Assembly (NCBI GenBank): GCA_963706595.1
Contig: OY970166.1
Span: 1,440,001 to 1,504,000 of the forward strand
Direction of reading: 5' to 3'
DNA length: 64,000 bases
From: an uncultured cyanobacterium
Lineage (GTDB): Bacteria; Cyanobacteriota; Cyanobacteriia; Cyanobacteriales; Nostocaceae
The notes under the pieces were generated by a model. It ran no database searches and was not told the DNA's origin. It worked only from the letters and a program-made list of their open reading frames with translations. Shown one piece after another: positions 32,324-41,852 of this stretch. How positions within the stretch are numbered: position 1 is the stretch's first letter; each line of letters starts with the position of its first letter. The position numbers and the translations under genes are program-made.

Positions 32324-32402
32324 AACTTTACAAACTTAATTGATCATCATTAGCCAATAGTCTAATAGACTCTTACCGCTACGCGGAAACTAAAAGTCAA
32401 AT

Positions 32403-32446
32403 AATGACCAATGACTAATGACCAATGACTAATGACTAATGACTAA
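32403..32446 (+). repeat. STRR heptamer array (AATGAC(T/C))n
   Basis: About 6 copies. Confidence 0.9.
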
Positions 32447-33957
32447 TTCCAATCTTTACCGATCCGAATTGTCAGATCAGATCCTAAATCCCCGGTGGAC
32501 GACACGTCAATTTGACCCAAGCCGATGACTTGTTGTAGTTCAAGTCCAGAAACGCGATCGCCTTTTTGGACTATAATCTGAGTTTGCCTTTGGGTATCAG
32601 GCCAATCCGACACCGCATAAACATTTGTAAAACCTTTTTCTTTGAGATCCTCAATCACCTTTTCAGTTAGCTGAGGTTGATTGGAAGCGTTTTGAATCGC
32701 AATTGTGAGGTTATTAACTGGACGCAAATCTGGCTTCATCCCAGGTACATCTACCCCAACATAATTATTCAATAGATTCTGTTGTCCATTCAGATTTAGC
32801 CAATAACTATTGGGATCTTGACTGAATCGGCTGAAATTACCCGGCAGAATAGTCATTTGCAAATTATCCCGTTCCAGGTTCACAGAATAATTTGCCAAAG
32901 CCATCATTTCTTCTATTTTGAGATTTGTGTCAAAATATTTCCGCATCAGGCGGGTTAATTGCGGTAATCTAGGTAAAACAGTAGGACTATTGAGACGTTG
33001 CAGTAACGCTGTGATCAGGGCTTGCTGTCGTTGTACTCTAGGTAGATCCCCTAGTCCGGCTTCTCGGAACCGGGCAAACGCTTCCGCCTTTTCACCATCA
33101 AGAGTTTGCCAACCACTGACCAAATTAATAGATAACTGACTGCTGGTGTGTTTATATTCCATTTCTTGGGGTACAAAGACATCAACCCCATCCAATTGAT
33201 CAACTAGCTGCCTTAAACCACTCGTAGAAATACGGATATAACGATGAATAGGGGCATTGTTTAAAGTCCGGCTGACTACCCGTGCTGCCAAAACAGGACC
33301 TCCTTGAGCATTGGCATCAGAGACCCTAGTCAACCCTTTTTCGGGGATAGCAATCATCGTATCCTTGGGAATTGACAATACCCGCATAGTTTTATCACTA
33401 GGGTTGAGCCTGACTAGCAACATAGTATCGCTAGTGCCAGCAAAACTTTCTGGTGAACCATCAACCGTACCTTGAATGGGATCAACTCCCATAATTAAGA
33501 TATTCATCGGTCGTGATAGTTTATACTGGAGGATATTTCCCCATACATCCCCTGGCAATGGCACTTTCTGGTCATCTTTGCCAGAAAATCCTAATTCTTC
33601 ATCTGTTCGGTCTAAATTGCTCCACAGTGGAGTCCACAGCGCCAAAGTCGATACCAGCAGACCTGACAAAACTATCCCCACCGCTACTGTCAGTGTCCAC
33701 AGTAGCCATCGAGGCATGGTTAAGCCTAATCTCTCGTAAAGCTCGTTGGGAATTGCACCCACAGAGTCAACAACACTACGGGAAACATTTTCTGGATCAT
33801 GAGTTACTACCTCCAGATTTGAGGCTGATGGCTGCTGAATTCCTAGCTCATTTTCTGCCCATTGTACTTGTTGAGGTCTTTCCTCTAGTTCTAGTTCTAA
33901 TTCTGGTACTTGTTGAGACGGCACCTGATTGTCTGACCATTGAAATTGTTTAATCAC
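32443..33957 (-). CDS. LytR-CpsA-Psr (LCP) family protein with LytR C-terminal domain
   Basis: NILIMGVD, SDTMLL, SIPKDT, FARFR, GDLPRVQRQQ; C-terminal DLTIRIGKDW. Confidence 0.92.
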   Translation of the reverse strand: MIKQFQWSDNQVPSQQVPELELELEERPQQVQWAENELGIQQPSASNLEVVTHDPENVSRSVVDSVGAIPNELYERLGLTMPRWLLWTLTVAVGIVLSGLLVSTLALWTPLWSNLDRTDEELGFSGKDDQKVPLPGDVWGNILQYKLSRPMNILIMGVDPIQGTVDGSPESFAGTSDTMLLVRLNPSDKTMRVLSIPKDTMIAIPEKGLTRVSDANAQGGPVLAARVVSRTLNNAPIHRYIRISTSGLRQLVDQLDGVDVFVPQEMEYKHTSSQLSINLVSGWQTLDGEKAEAFARFREAGLGDLPRVQRQQALITALLQRLNSPTVLPRLPQLTRLMRKYFDTNLKIEEMMALANYSVNLERDNLQMTILPGNFSRFSQDPNSYWLNLNGQQNLLNNYVGVDVPGMKPDLRPVNNLTIAIQNASNQPQLTEKVIEDLKEKGFTNVYAVSDWPDTQRQTQIIVQKGDRVSGLELQQVIGLGQIDVSSTGDLGSDLTIRIGKDWN

Positions 33958-34073
33958 AAATTATCTCCCCACTCAACCACTCCCTAAAGGTATGTTAATC
34001 GAAGCCATAAAGCTTGCCAGGGCAAAAGCTCACTGTACACTGATAATGATCTGAGCTAGGTGTGTATGACAAC

Positions 34074-35138
34074 ATGAGTAATTCACTGTTCCCTGTAATT
34101 CTTGCCGGTGGCAAAGGTGAGCGTTTTTGGCCCCTGAGTCGCAAAGACCGACCCAAACAATTTTTAAGTCTTGATGGTAGCTCTAGAAGTCTATTACAAG
34201 CAACTGCCGATAGACTAATTACAGTTACAAACGGTTGGAATGACCTCTGGGTGATTACTTCCAGTCAGGTAGCCGCCGGGGTGAGACAACAACTACCTGA
34301 ACTGCCATCTCAAAATTTATTAATTGAGTCACAAGGGCGAGACACCGCCGCAGCCGTGGCTTGGGCAAGTTTAGAAATTAAGAAGCGTTACGGAGAAGAC
34401 GCTATCATCGGCTTTTTTCCTTCTGACCACTGGATAGCTGATCAAGAAGCGTTTAAACGCACCTTAGATGCTGCTACCCAACTAGCGGCAAACACGGAGG
34501 CGATTGTCACTTTGGGAATCAAGCCTACTTTCCCATCAACTGGTTACGGCTACATTGAACAAGGCGAAAACATTGGTAGCTTTAATGATTTGCCAGCCTA
34601 TCACGTCAACCGCTTTACTGAAAAGCCCAACCGTGAAACAGCAGAAGCTTTTTTATCTACGGGGCGTTTTAGCTGGAATAGTGGAATGTTCGTGTTTCGG
34701 GCTGGGGTTGTTCTCAAGGAACTATATACCCATGCACCAGAAATCATCGAACCCTTAGAACAACAAGGCCCTGATATATATCCTCAGTTGCTTAAACAGA
34801 GTATAGACTATGCACTCATGGAAAAAACAAATTTAGCATACGTCTTGCCAGTTGAATTTGGTTGGGATGATTTAGGAGACTGGAATGCACTGGAGCGCTT
34901 ACTGAAAAAAGCCGATAATCCCAATGTGGAACTAGCTACCCATGTAGGGTTAGATACGCAGGGTGCGATTGTTTATGCTACTAATTCAGAAGATGTAATT
35001 GTTACAATTGGTTTAGAGGATGTGGTGATTGTGCGCGATCGCAACGTTACTCTAGTTGTCAACAAAAATCGTACCCAAGAAATTAAGCAGATTCTCAAAA
35101 CCCTCGCAAATGATCCCCGATTTACTGAACTCTTGTAA
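34074..35138 (+). CDS. manC: Mannose-1-phosphate guanylyltransferase
   Basis: VILAGGKGERFWPLSR, GYGYI, FTEKP, WNSGMF, WDDLGDW. Confidence 0.95.
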   Translation: MSNSLFPVILAGGKGERFWPLSRKDRPKQFLSLDGSSRSLLQATADRLITVTNGWNDLWVITSSQVAAGVRQQLPELPSQNLLIESQGRDTAAAVAWASLEIKKRYGEDAIIGFFPSDHWIADQEAFKRTLDAATQLAANTEAIVTLGIKPTFPSTGYGYIEQGENIGSFNDLPAYHVNRFTEKPNRETAEAFLSTGRFSWNSGMFVFRAGVVLKELYTHAPEIIEPLEQQGPDIYPQLLKQSIDYALMEKTNLAYVLPVEFGWDDLGDWNALERLLKKADNPNVELATHVGLDTQGAIVYATNSEDVIVTIGLEDVVIVRDRNVTLVVNKNRTQEIKQILKTLANDPRFTELL

Positions 35139-35319
35139 CTGTTAAGCTTGAAGAGTTAAAACCCTGAGCAGAGGTTAAAGATTTGTTGCCTCTATTATAA
35201 CTGGAATGTCTGTTTTCAAGACTAGGGATTAGGGAATAGGGGCTAAAGACTAAAAGATACAGCAAATTCTTCTCCATTCCCTAATCTTTCCATCCCCCTC
35301 ATATCCCCATTTCCCCACA

Positions 35320-36966
35320 ATGTTCCTCACCCAAACTGTTCCTCGTCAAAGAGAAATTATCGAAGTCGTCCTTCGCAATGGCTGGGACTATATGCGAAGG
35401 CTGCTGACTGGTGGTAAAGCTGATGAACCCCAGCTACCCACACCTGCGGTTTTAAAGAATATTCTTGTGGATTTGGGGCCAGTGTATGTCAAGCTGGGTC
35501 AGCTACTTTCTACCCGTCCCGACTTACTCAACGCCGCCTACATTGAAGAACTTTCCACTCTCCAAGACGAAGTACCGCCAGTTCCTTGGACAGAAGTAGA
35601 AGTATTCATCCGTAAGCACCTCAAACGCCCCCTGGAAGAAACCTTCCGTGTCATTAATCCTGTACCAGTAGCGGCGGGATCAATCGCCCAGACTCATCGC
35701 GCCACATTGGTAGATGGTCGAGAAGTAGCTTTGAAAGTGCAACGTCCGGGAATTGCGCTCACTGTTGCTCAAGATATTGCTTTAATTCAAGGAATTGCTG
35801 ATTTAGTCGCCCGCACAGATTTTGGGCAAACCTACGAAATTAAATCCGTCGCGGCAGAATTTACCAAAGCTTTAGAAGACGAGTTAAATTTTACCCTAGA
35901 AGCTGGTTTTACCGACGAGCTGCGAGGTAATTTATCTCGTAGTCACTGGTTTGATCCCACACAACTGGTAGTTGCAGAAATTTTTTGGGACATCACCACC
36001 GAAAAGTTATTAGTCATGGAATGGCTGGATGGAGTCCCGTTGCTGTCAGCGAATTTAGTCAGCATTGAAAACGGTAAAACTGCTCATACACAACGTCAAG
36101 AAATCACGACTTTGTTATTTCGAGCTTTTTTCCAGCAATTATATATTGATGGTTTCTTTCATGCTGACCCCCATCCTGGAAATTTATTTTATCTCGCAGA
36201 TGGTCGCATTGCCCTTTTAGATTGTGGCATGGTGGGTAGGCTTGATCCCCGCACTCAGCAGATATTAACAGAAATGCTCTTAGCAATCATTGATTTAGAT
36301 GCGGGGCGATGCGCGCAATTAACTTTACAGTTAGCCGATTCTTCTCAGCCGGTGATTTTGTCACGGTTAGAAAATGATTATGATCGGATGTTGCGGAAGT
36401 ATCATAATGTCAACTTGGGTGAAATGAATTTCAGTCAGGTAATTTATGAAATTTTGCAAGTCGCCCGTAACAATAAAATTCGCTTACCCAGCAATATGGG
36501 TTTATATGCTAAAACCCTGGCAAATTTAGAGGGGGTAGCCCGTGCATTCAACCCAGAAGTTAACTTATTTGACGAAGTACAGCCATTAATTACAGACTTG
36601 TTTCGGCGGCAATTATTAGGCGATAATCCAGTGCGATCGCTATTAAGAACAGCCTTAGATATTAAGAGTTTATCATTACAATTTCCCCGGCAAATTGAAC
36701 TGTTATTAGATCGAGTTACATCCGAAACCTTACAGTGGAATCTCTCCCTGCGTGGTTTAGATGGTATGCGGCGCACTCTAGATGATGCCGCTAACAGATT
36801 ATCCTTTAGCATCTTAGTAGGTTCTCTAATTATGGGAGCAGCCATTATTTCCACCAAAACCCAAACCACTCAACTTTCCTTTTTGAGTAGTGTCTTGTTT
36901 GCTGCGGCTAGTTTATTAGGTTTGTGGCTAGTTTTTAGTATTTTGCGGTCTGGGCGTTTAAAGTAA
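35320..36966 (+). CDS. ABC1/AarF/UbiB family atypical kinase
   Basis: LGPVYVKLGQ, VALKVQRP, HADPHPGN, LLDCGMVG. Confidence 0.95.
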   Translation: MFLTQTVPRQREIIEVVLRNGWDYMRRLLTGGKADEPQLPTPAVLKNILVDLGPVYVKLGQLLSTRPDLLNAAYIEELSTLQDEVPPVPWTEVEVFIRKHLKRPLEETFRVINPVPVAAGSIAQTHRATLVDGREVALKVQRPGIALTVAQDIALIQGIADLVARTDFGQTYEIKSVAAEFTKALEDELNFTLEAGFTDELRGNLSRSHWFDPTQLVVAEIFWDITTEKLLVMEWLDGVPLLSANLVSIENGKTAHTQRQEITTLLFRAFFQQLYIDGFFHADPHPGNLFYLADGRIALLDCGMVGRLDPRTQQILTEMLLAIIDLDAGRCAQLTLQLADSSQPVILSRLENDYDRMLRKYHNVNLGEMNFSQVIYEILQVARNNKIRLPSNMGLYAKTLANLEGVARAFNPEVNLFDEVQPLITDLFRRQLLGDNPVRSLLRTALDIKSLSLQFPRQIELLLDRVTSETLQWNLSLRGLDGMRRTLDDAANRLSFSILVGSLIMGAAIISTKTQTTQLSFLSSVLFAAASLLGLWLVFSILRSGRLK

Positions 36967-37051
36967 CCCTTGTGTTTGCCAAAGCAATCATCAATACAGA
37001 TAAATAATTGAAGTGCTTATCTGTATTTATCTGTAGTTTCAATATAAAATT

Positions 37052-38032
37052 ATGTCAATTATCACCGTTGAAAATCTGAGTAAATTTTACCCAGTAGCTG
37101 TTAAAGAACCAGGGCTAAAAGGCACACTCACCCACTTTTTTCGGCGTACCTACCGCCCCATTAAAGCAGTACAAGATGTTTCCTTTGAAATAGCACCTGG
37201 TGAAGTGGTGGGTTTTTTGGGGCCAAATGGTGCAGGTAAAACCACCACCCTAAAAATGCTTACAGGGTTAATTCATCCTTCGGAAGGTAAAGTCAGAGTA
37301 GCGGGATACGAACCATTTCTGCGCCAAGAGGCATTTCTGCAAAAAATCACCTTGGTAATGGGGCAGAAACAGCAGTTACTGTGGGACTTACCAGCACTCG
37401 ATTCTTTGAAAATTAATGCTGCTGTTTACAACATCTCTAATAAAGAATTTCAAAAGCGAGTCGGGGAATTAACAGAGATGCTGACCTTAGAAGGTAAGCT
37501 GACCCAACCAGTGCGGAAATTGTCATTAGGTGAACGGATGAAAGCAGAACTGTTAGCAGCACTTTTGCACCATCCTCATGTCTTATTTCTGGATGAACCG
37601 ACATTAGGACTCGATGTAAATGCACAGGTAGCGGTGCGCGATTTTTTGCGCGAGTACAATCAGCGTTATCAAGCCACTGTATTATTAACAAGTCATTACA
37701 TGGCTGATATTACTGCTTTATGTGAGCGTGTGCTGTTGATTCACCAAGGAAAGTTGATGTATGACGGTAGTCTAGATGGACTGCTGAAAAATTTCGCCCC
37801 CTACCGGGAAATTCATATTGAGTTAGCCGAACCGCTACCCAGAGAAAAACTCATGTTTTATGGTGATGTCAAACTTTTAGAGGGGCGTGCAGTCAGCTTT
37901 ATGGTACAGCGAGAAGCGCTAACTCGCACAGTATCCCAGATTTTGAATGATTTAGAAGTCATCGACTTAACAGTGACTGAGCCGGCAATAGAAGAAGTGA
38001 TTGGCAGGGTTTTTCATGCAGGTGTAGTGTAA
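37052..38032 (+). CDS. ABC transporter ATP-binding protein
   Basis: GPNGAGKTT, LSLGERM, LDEPT, TSH. Confidence 0.95.
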   Translation: MSIITVENLSKFYPVAVKEPGLKGTLTHFFRRTYRPIKAVQDVSFEIAPGEVVGFLGPNGAGKTTTLKMLTGLIHPSEGKVRVAGYEPFLRQEAFLQKITLVMGQKQQLLWDLPALDSLKINAAVYNISNKEFQKRVGELTEMLTLEGKLTQPVRKLSLGERMKAELLAALLHHPHVLFLDEPTLGLDVNAQVAVRDFLREYNQRYQATVLLTSHYMADITALCERVLLIHQGKLMYDGSLDGLLKNFAPYREIHIELAEPLPREKLMFYGDVKLLEGRAVSFMVQREALTRTVSQILNDLEVIDLTVTEPAIEEVIGRVFHAGVV

Positions 38033-38207
38033 CTCATATCTTGCACCTGGCGACTGGAAGTCACGGCTACACAGGCGAAACCCACCTACGTGGGTTCAAA
38101 ACCCTTGTTTTTCCGTTAGTCCGCGTAGGCGGACTTTGTTTGTATAGCCGCGTTCGCCCTTGGCGTTGCGTTAGCAATATTCTAATCGCCAGGGCTTGGT
38201 GCTGAGT
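38032..38207. mobile_element. Nested palindromic MITE/REPIN-like element
   Basis: Outer ACTCATATCTTGCACC / GGTGC[6-nt deletion]TGAGT, inner CCTGGCGA...TCGCCAGG, hairpins AACCCAC-CTAC-GTGGGTT and AGTCCGC-GTAG-GCGGACT. Confidence 0.65.
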
Positions 38208-38246
38208 AGTACCTTATAGTTAAAACTAGGGAATTTTAAAATTTCT

Positions 38247-39035
38247 GTGAAAAAAATTATTAGAAAAATCTTGACATTTCTTTCTGTTTACTACGCCTAT
38301 ATGCTTGAGTATCGGGCAGAATTGATATTATGGGTTTTGGCTGGGGCTTTGCCAATTATCCTCATGGGTGTATGGATACAGGCGGCACAAGGTGGACAGT
38401 TTGGTTTAACACCTGTGGATTTTGCCCGTTACTTTATTACGGTTTTCTTTGTTAGGCAACTTACTGTTGTCTGGGTAATTTGGGATTTTGAAAAGGAAGT
38501 AGTAGAGGGTAAGCTGTCATTCCGATTATTACAACCCATAGACCCAGTATGGCATCACGTGGCGGGTCATATTTCTGAAAGAGTTGCTCGTATACCGTTT
38601 ATATTGCTATTAGTTTTCTTGTTTTTCATCCTCTATCCCCAGGCTATTTGGTTGCCGAATTTGGGGCAGTTTTTGCTGTTTGGGTTAGCGGTGACGTTAG
38701 CTTTTGTCTTACGGTTTATAATTCAGTACACCTTTGGTCTGTTCGCCTTTTGGACAGAACGTGCTAGCGCTTTAGAAACTTTTTGGCTGTTATTTTATTT
38801 ATTTTTGTCAGGGTTAATTGCGCCTTTAGATGTGTTTCCTGAAACTGTGCGAACAATAGTCATGTTTACGCCTTTTCCTTATTTGATTAATTTCCCAGTT
38901 AGTCTTTTAGTGGGGCTACCTGTGGATGTAGTGCGGGGATTTTTATCACTTGTGGGTTGGATATTGTTGTTTTTGGGTGCAAATCGTCTGCTGTGGCGTG
39001 CGGGATTAAAACGATATTCAGGTATGGGTGCTTGA
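38247..39035 (+). CDS. ABC-2 type transporter permease
   Basis: 6 TM segments; GKLSFRLLQP, SGLIAPL, TPFPY. Confidence 0.9.
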   Translation: MKKIIRKILTFLSVYYAYMLEYRAELILWVLAGALPIILMGVWIQAAQGGQFGLTPVDFARYFITVFFVRQLTVVWVIWDFEKEVVEGKLSFRLLQPIDPVWHHVAGHISERVARIPFILLLVFLFFILYPQAIWLPNLGQFLLFGLAVTLAFVLRFIIQYTFGLFAFWTERASALETFWLLFYLFLSGLIAPLDVFPETVRTIVMFTPFPYLINFPVSLLVGLPVDVVRGFLSLVGWILLFLGANRLLWRAGLKRYSGMGA

Positions 39036-39038
39036 AAG

Positions 39039-39079
39039 AACCTCACCCCCAGCCCCTCTCCTTGCTAAGGAGAGGGGAG
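39039..39079. repeat. REP-like hairpin family (CCTCACCCCC...CCCCTCTCCTT-n-AAGGAGAGGGG)
   Basis: Near-identical copy at about 61835-61875; inverted degenerate copy at about 51817-51858. Confidence 0.8.
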
Positions 39080-39170
39080 ATTAGATTTTTTTTCGTAACT
39101 CATTTAAAGTTAGAATTGATCTAAAATATTGTTATCAATGGGTTAAATTTTGGCAGGTTGAAAAAATTAG

Positions 39171-39632
39171 ATGACAGCACCTCAACCAAAAGTCTCAACA
39201 AACTCCCAACTTTATGACGAAGATTTTTATCTCTGGCTAGAGACGACGGCTGAACAACTCAAAGCAGGTAAATTTGCTGAAGTTGATTTAGCCAATCTCA
39301 TTGAAGAAATTGAATGTATGGGGAGAAGTGAAAAAAGATCATTAGAAAGTAATTTAGTTATTTTATTAATGCACTTGCTGAAATATAAATATCAGCCAGA
39401 CAAACGCACCAATAGTTGGCTTTCTACTATATTTGAGCATCGGCGGAGATTAAATAAAAACTTGCAAGATAGTCCAAGTTTAAAAAACTACTTTTCTGAA
39501 ACATTTGCAGAGTGTTATCAAGATGCACGTCAACAAGCAGCCATAGAAACTGGATTATCACTTGATACCTTTCCTGTAGAATCTCCCTTCACCACCGATG
39601 AATCTTTGCATCAAGACTTTTTACCCGAATAA
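39171..39632 (+). CDS. DUF29 family protein
   Basis: LYDEDFYLW, LIEEIECMGRSE, HLLKY, SPSLKNY. Confidence 0.92.
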   Translation: MTAPQPKVSTNSQLYDEDFYLWLETTAEQLKAGKFAEVDLANLIEEIECMGRSEKRSLESNLVILLMHLLKYKYQPDKRTNSWLSTIFEHRRRLNKNLQDSPSLKNYFSETFAECYQDARQQAAIETGLSLDTFPVESPFTTDESLHQDFLPE

Positions 39633-39815
39633 CTCCCTACTCTTACTCTGGTGCGCCTTTTTTGCATAGTAGGGTGGGTTAGGCGCACGATATGACATGA
39701 TAAAAATGAATAGGATATTACGCCGTAACCCACCATTTACACTTCAAAACAGGTAAATTTTCTGAAGTTGATTTAGCCAACTAAATTCATATTTTCCATT
39801 ATAAAAGTCAAGAAA

Positions 39816-40781
39816 TTAGTATGTAATCTTCATATAAATTGGTTGCTTGTCAAATTTTAATTGTTCAATCTGTAATAGTTTTGGTTCAATGTGCTTATCC
39901 AATAAAGGATTTCGATAATCTAAAGTTTTTTCTTCCTTTTCTAACTGTTGTTTTTGATAATTAATACTAGATTTGTGATAGACAATACCTATAATAGCTA
40001 TTGTAATAATTAAAACTATAGCGAAGACTTTTTTTGTAAAAAATAGTTGGGGAAAACTTTTAATAAAACATGAAAAATCATTTTTTTTTAACTGGTCTGC
40101 GGGTACTCCCTGCTGTACATTATCCCATGCTTCATCGTCTGCATTAATTAGGCTTGATAAGCCTCGCCAAACTTTATATTTTTGTAAGTGCTGCTTTTTA
40201 CTTACTCCTGTTACCACCACCAATAAAGAATCTTTATTTGGTAAAGAGCCTAACGTTAAAAGTTCATCTGCTAACTTTGGTTTTTTGTCAAGATTTCCAA
40301 ATTTCTGGTAAAGGTGTTCTTTTGGCACTTCTTTTTGTTTTTTTTGCCCTCCTTCTGAATGTTGATTTAAAAACTCTTTAAGTTCATTTTTTTCTACAAA
40401 AAAACCGCCTTGATCCTCTTTTGTTACAATTGCATTTATTGTGCTACTTAACTTGTCTGACAGTGCTTCAATTGTGAGATTCAAGAAAAATTTTTCCTCA
40501 GAACTGTCACCTACACATACTATAGAATTACGAATTTTACGATTTCGGTTATCTGTGCGTTGAGATTCTAGACCATTTACTAGGAGAAGTAACTTATTCT
40601 CATCCTTAATTCTACATAAAACTATTGCAAATGCATTATTATCTATTAAATGATTAACTTCTTCTGGAATAGGAGGATCATTAGGATCATTATAAGAGTT
40701 ACCATCCTTCTCATAACATTTTAGCCAATAATAATCTTGAGACAATCCACGGCTTTGAACGTAAATATCTATCTTACGCAT
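39816..40781 (-). CDS. Hypothetical membrane-anchored protein; last gene of the GTPase operon
   Basis: Globular N-terminus (YVQSRG..DYYW, RTDNRNRKIRNS) and one TM helix near the C-terminus (VFAIVLIITIAIIGIVY). Starts 2 nt after the upstream stop. Confidence 0.75.
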   Translation of the reverse strand: MRKIDIYVQSRGLSQDYYWLKCYEKDGNSYNDPNDPPIPEEVNHLIDNNAFAIVLCRIKDENKLLLLVNGLESQRTDNRNRKIRNSIVCVGDSSEEKFFLNLTIEALSDKLSSTINAIVTKEDQGGFFVEKNELKEFLNQHSEGGQKKQKEVPKEHLYQKFGNLDKKPKLADELLTLGSLPNKDSLLVVVTGVSKKQHLQKYKVWRGLSSLINADDEAWDNVQQGVPADQLKKNDFSCFIKSFPQLFFTKKVFAIVLIITIAIIGIVYHKSSINYQKQQLEKEEKTLDYRNPLLDKHIEPKLLQIEQLKFDKQPIYMKITY

Positions 40782-40783
40782 AA

Positions 40784-41851
40784 CTATCTTTTATTTATTT
40801 TAAGTAAATTAGCACCCTGCAAAACTGCAAAAGCACCAGTATTTTTACAGCCATTGCTGAAATCCAATATTGCTTCTTTCAATGCATTATCTCTACCAAA
40901 ATAATTTAGTATGGAATTGATAATTGGCACACGCCGCTTTTCAATATGTAACCTTAGTAAAAAGCGCAAAAGGTATCTTAGTGGTTGTTCATTATCTCTA
41001 GGCTGATATACGTCTTTATAATCTTGCTTGCAGAAGCAAAAAATAGGTTTATGATCCTTGTCATATTTAATGCTAGAAAAAATTACACTACCTAAAGTTT
41101 GCACAGGAGTAACAACTACAGCGATATTAGGAAGTAAAGCATCAGCACTAAAAAACTCAAGCAAATTTGCATATTTTTCTCTAACACATCTTAGCAAATT
41201 GTTGGCATCTTTATCATTTTGCAGATAACTTTCACATTTGACAGGTACAAATATTACTAGCCTTGGGGAATCTAAATTTTGGTAAGCTTGTTTAAATAAA
41301 TTTCTTAATGTATCTGGTATGTTAAAGTATTCATGCCATTCACCATTAGTTTCCATCAAAGCTGGTGTATCGATTGCAATAATAACAGCTGCTGATTCTT
41401 TGAGAAAAGTTTTAACTTTGTTTATGTTCTCCACATTCTTTTGTGTTCCGTCTATGTAAGAACCTGGATAATCTTGAAACTCAAGCCTTAAGGAAGGAGA
41501 TACGCCAGTTTTTCCTAAATCAAAAAAGAAAGAACGCGGTTCAGGTGTACCTGTAACTTCATCTGTAAATTTAATGGTACTACCAGTAAATCTTTTTAAC
41601 TCTGCTAACCGTTGAGTAATAATTGCCTGATTTACTTCATTCTTTACATCATCAGGCATTGTAAGTTGGAGATTTGTCTGTCCAATAATTTTATCAAACT
41701 GGTCATACATAGAAGCTAAAAGGCTAGTTTTTCCTACACCTGAAGCCCCTAACATAGTTATTTTCAATGTTTGATTAGGTTCTTTATTTGCTGTAAATAA
41801 TTTGGCGAACATAGTTTTTAAACGTTGAGAAATTTGTTTGAACCTTAGCAT
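40784..41851 (-). CDS. TRAFAC-class P-loop GTPase
   Basis: G1 GASGVGKTS, G2 GT, G3 DYPG, G4-like VKCE. ATG at 41851 is 1 nt from the upstream stop; 41812 and 41884 are alternatives. Confidence 0.8.
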   Translation of the reverse strand: MLRFKQISQRLKTMFAKLFTANKEPNQTLKITMLGASGVGKTSLLASMYDQFDKIIGQTNLQLTMPDDVKNEVNQAIITQRLAELKRFTGSTIKFTDEVTGTPEPRSFFFDLGKTGVSPSLRLEFQDYPGSYIDGTQKNVENINKVKTFLKESAAVIIAIDTPALMETNGEWHEYFNIPDTLRNLFKQAYQNLDSPRLVIFVPVKCESYLQNDKDANNLLRCVREKYANLLEFFSADALLPNIAVVVTPVQTLGSVIFSSIKYDKDHKPIFCFCKQDYKDVYQPRDNEQPLRYLLRFLLRLHIEKRRVPIINSILNYFGRDNALKEAILDFSNGCKNTGAFAVLQGANLLKINKR

Positions 41852-41852
41852 A

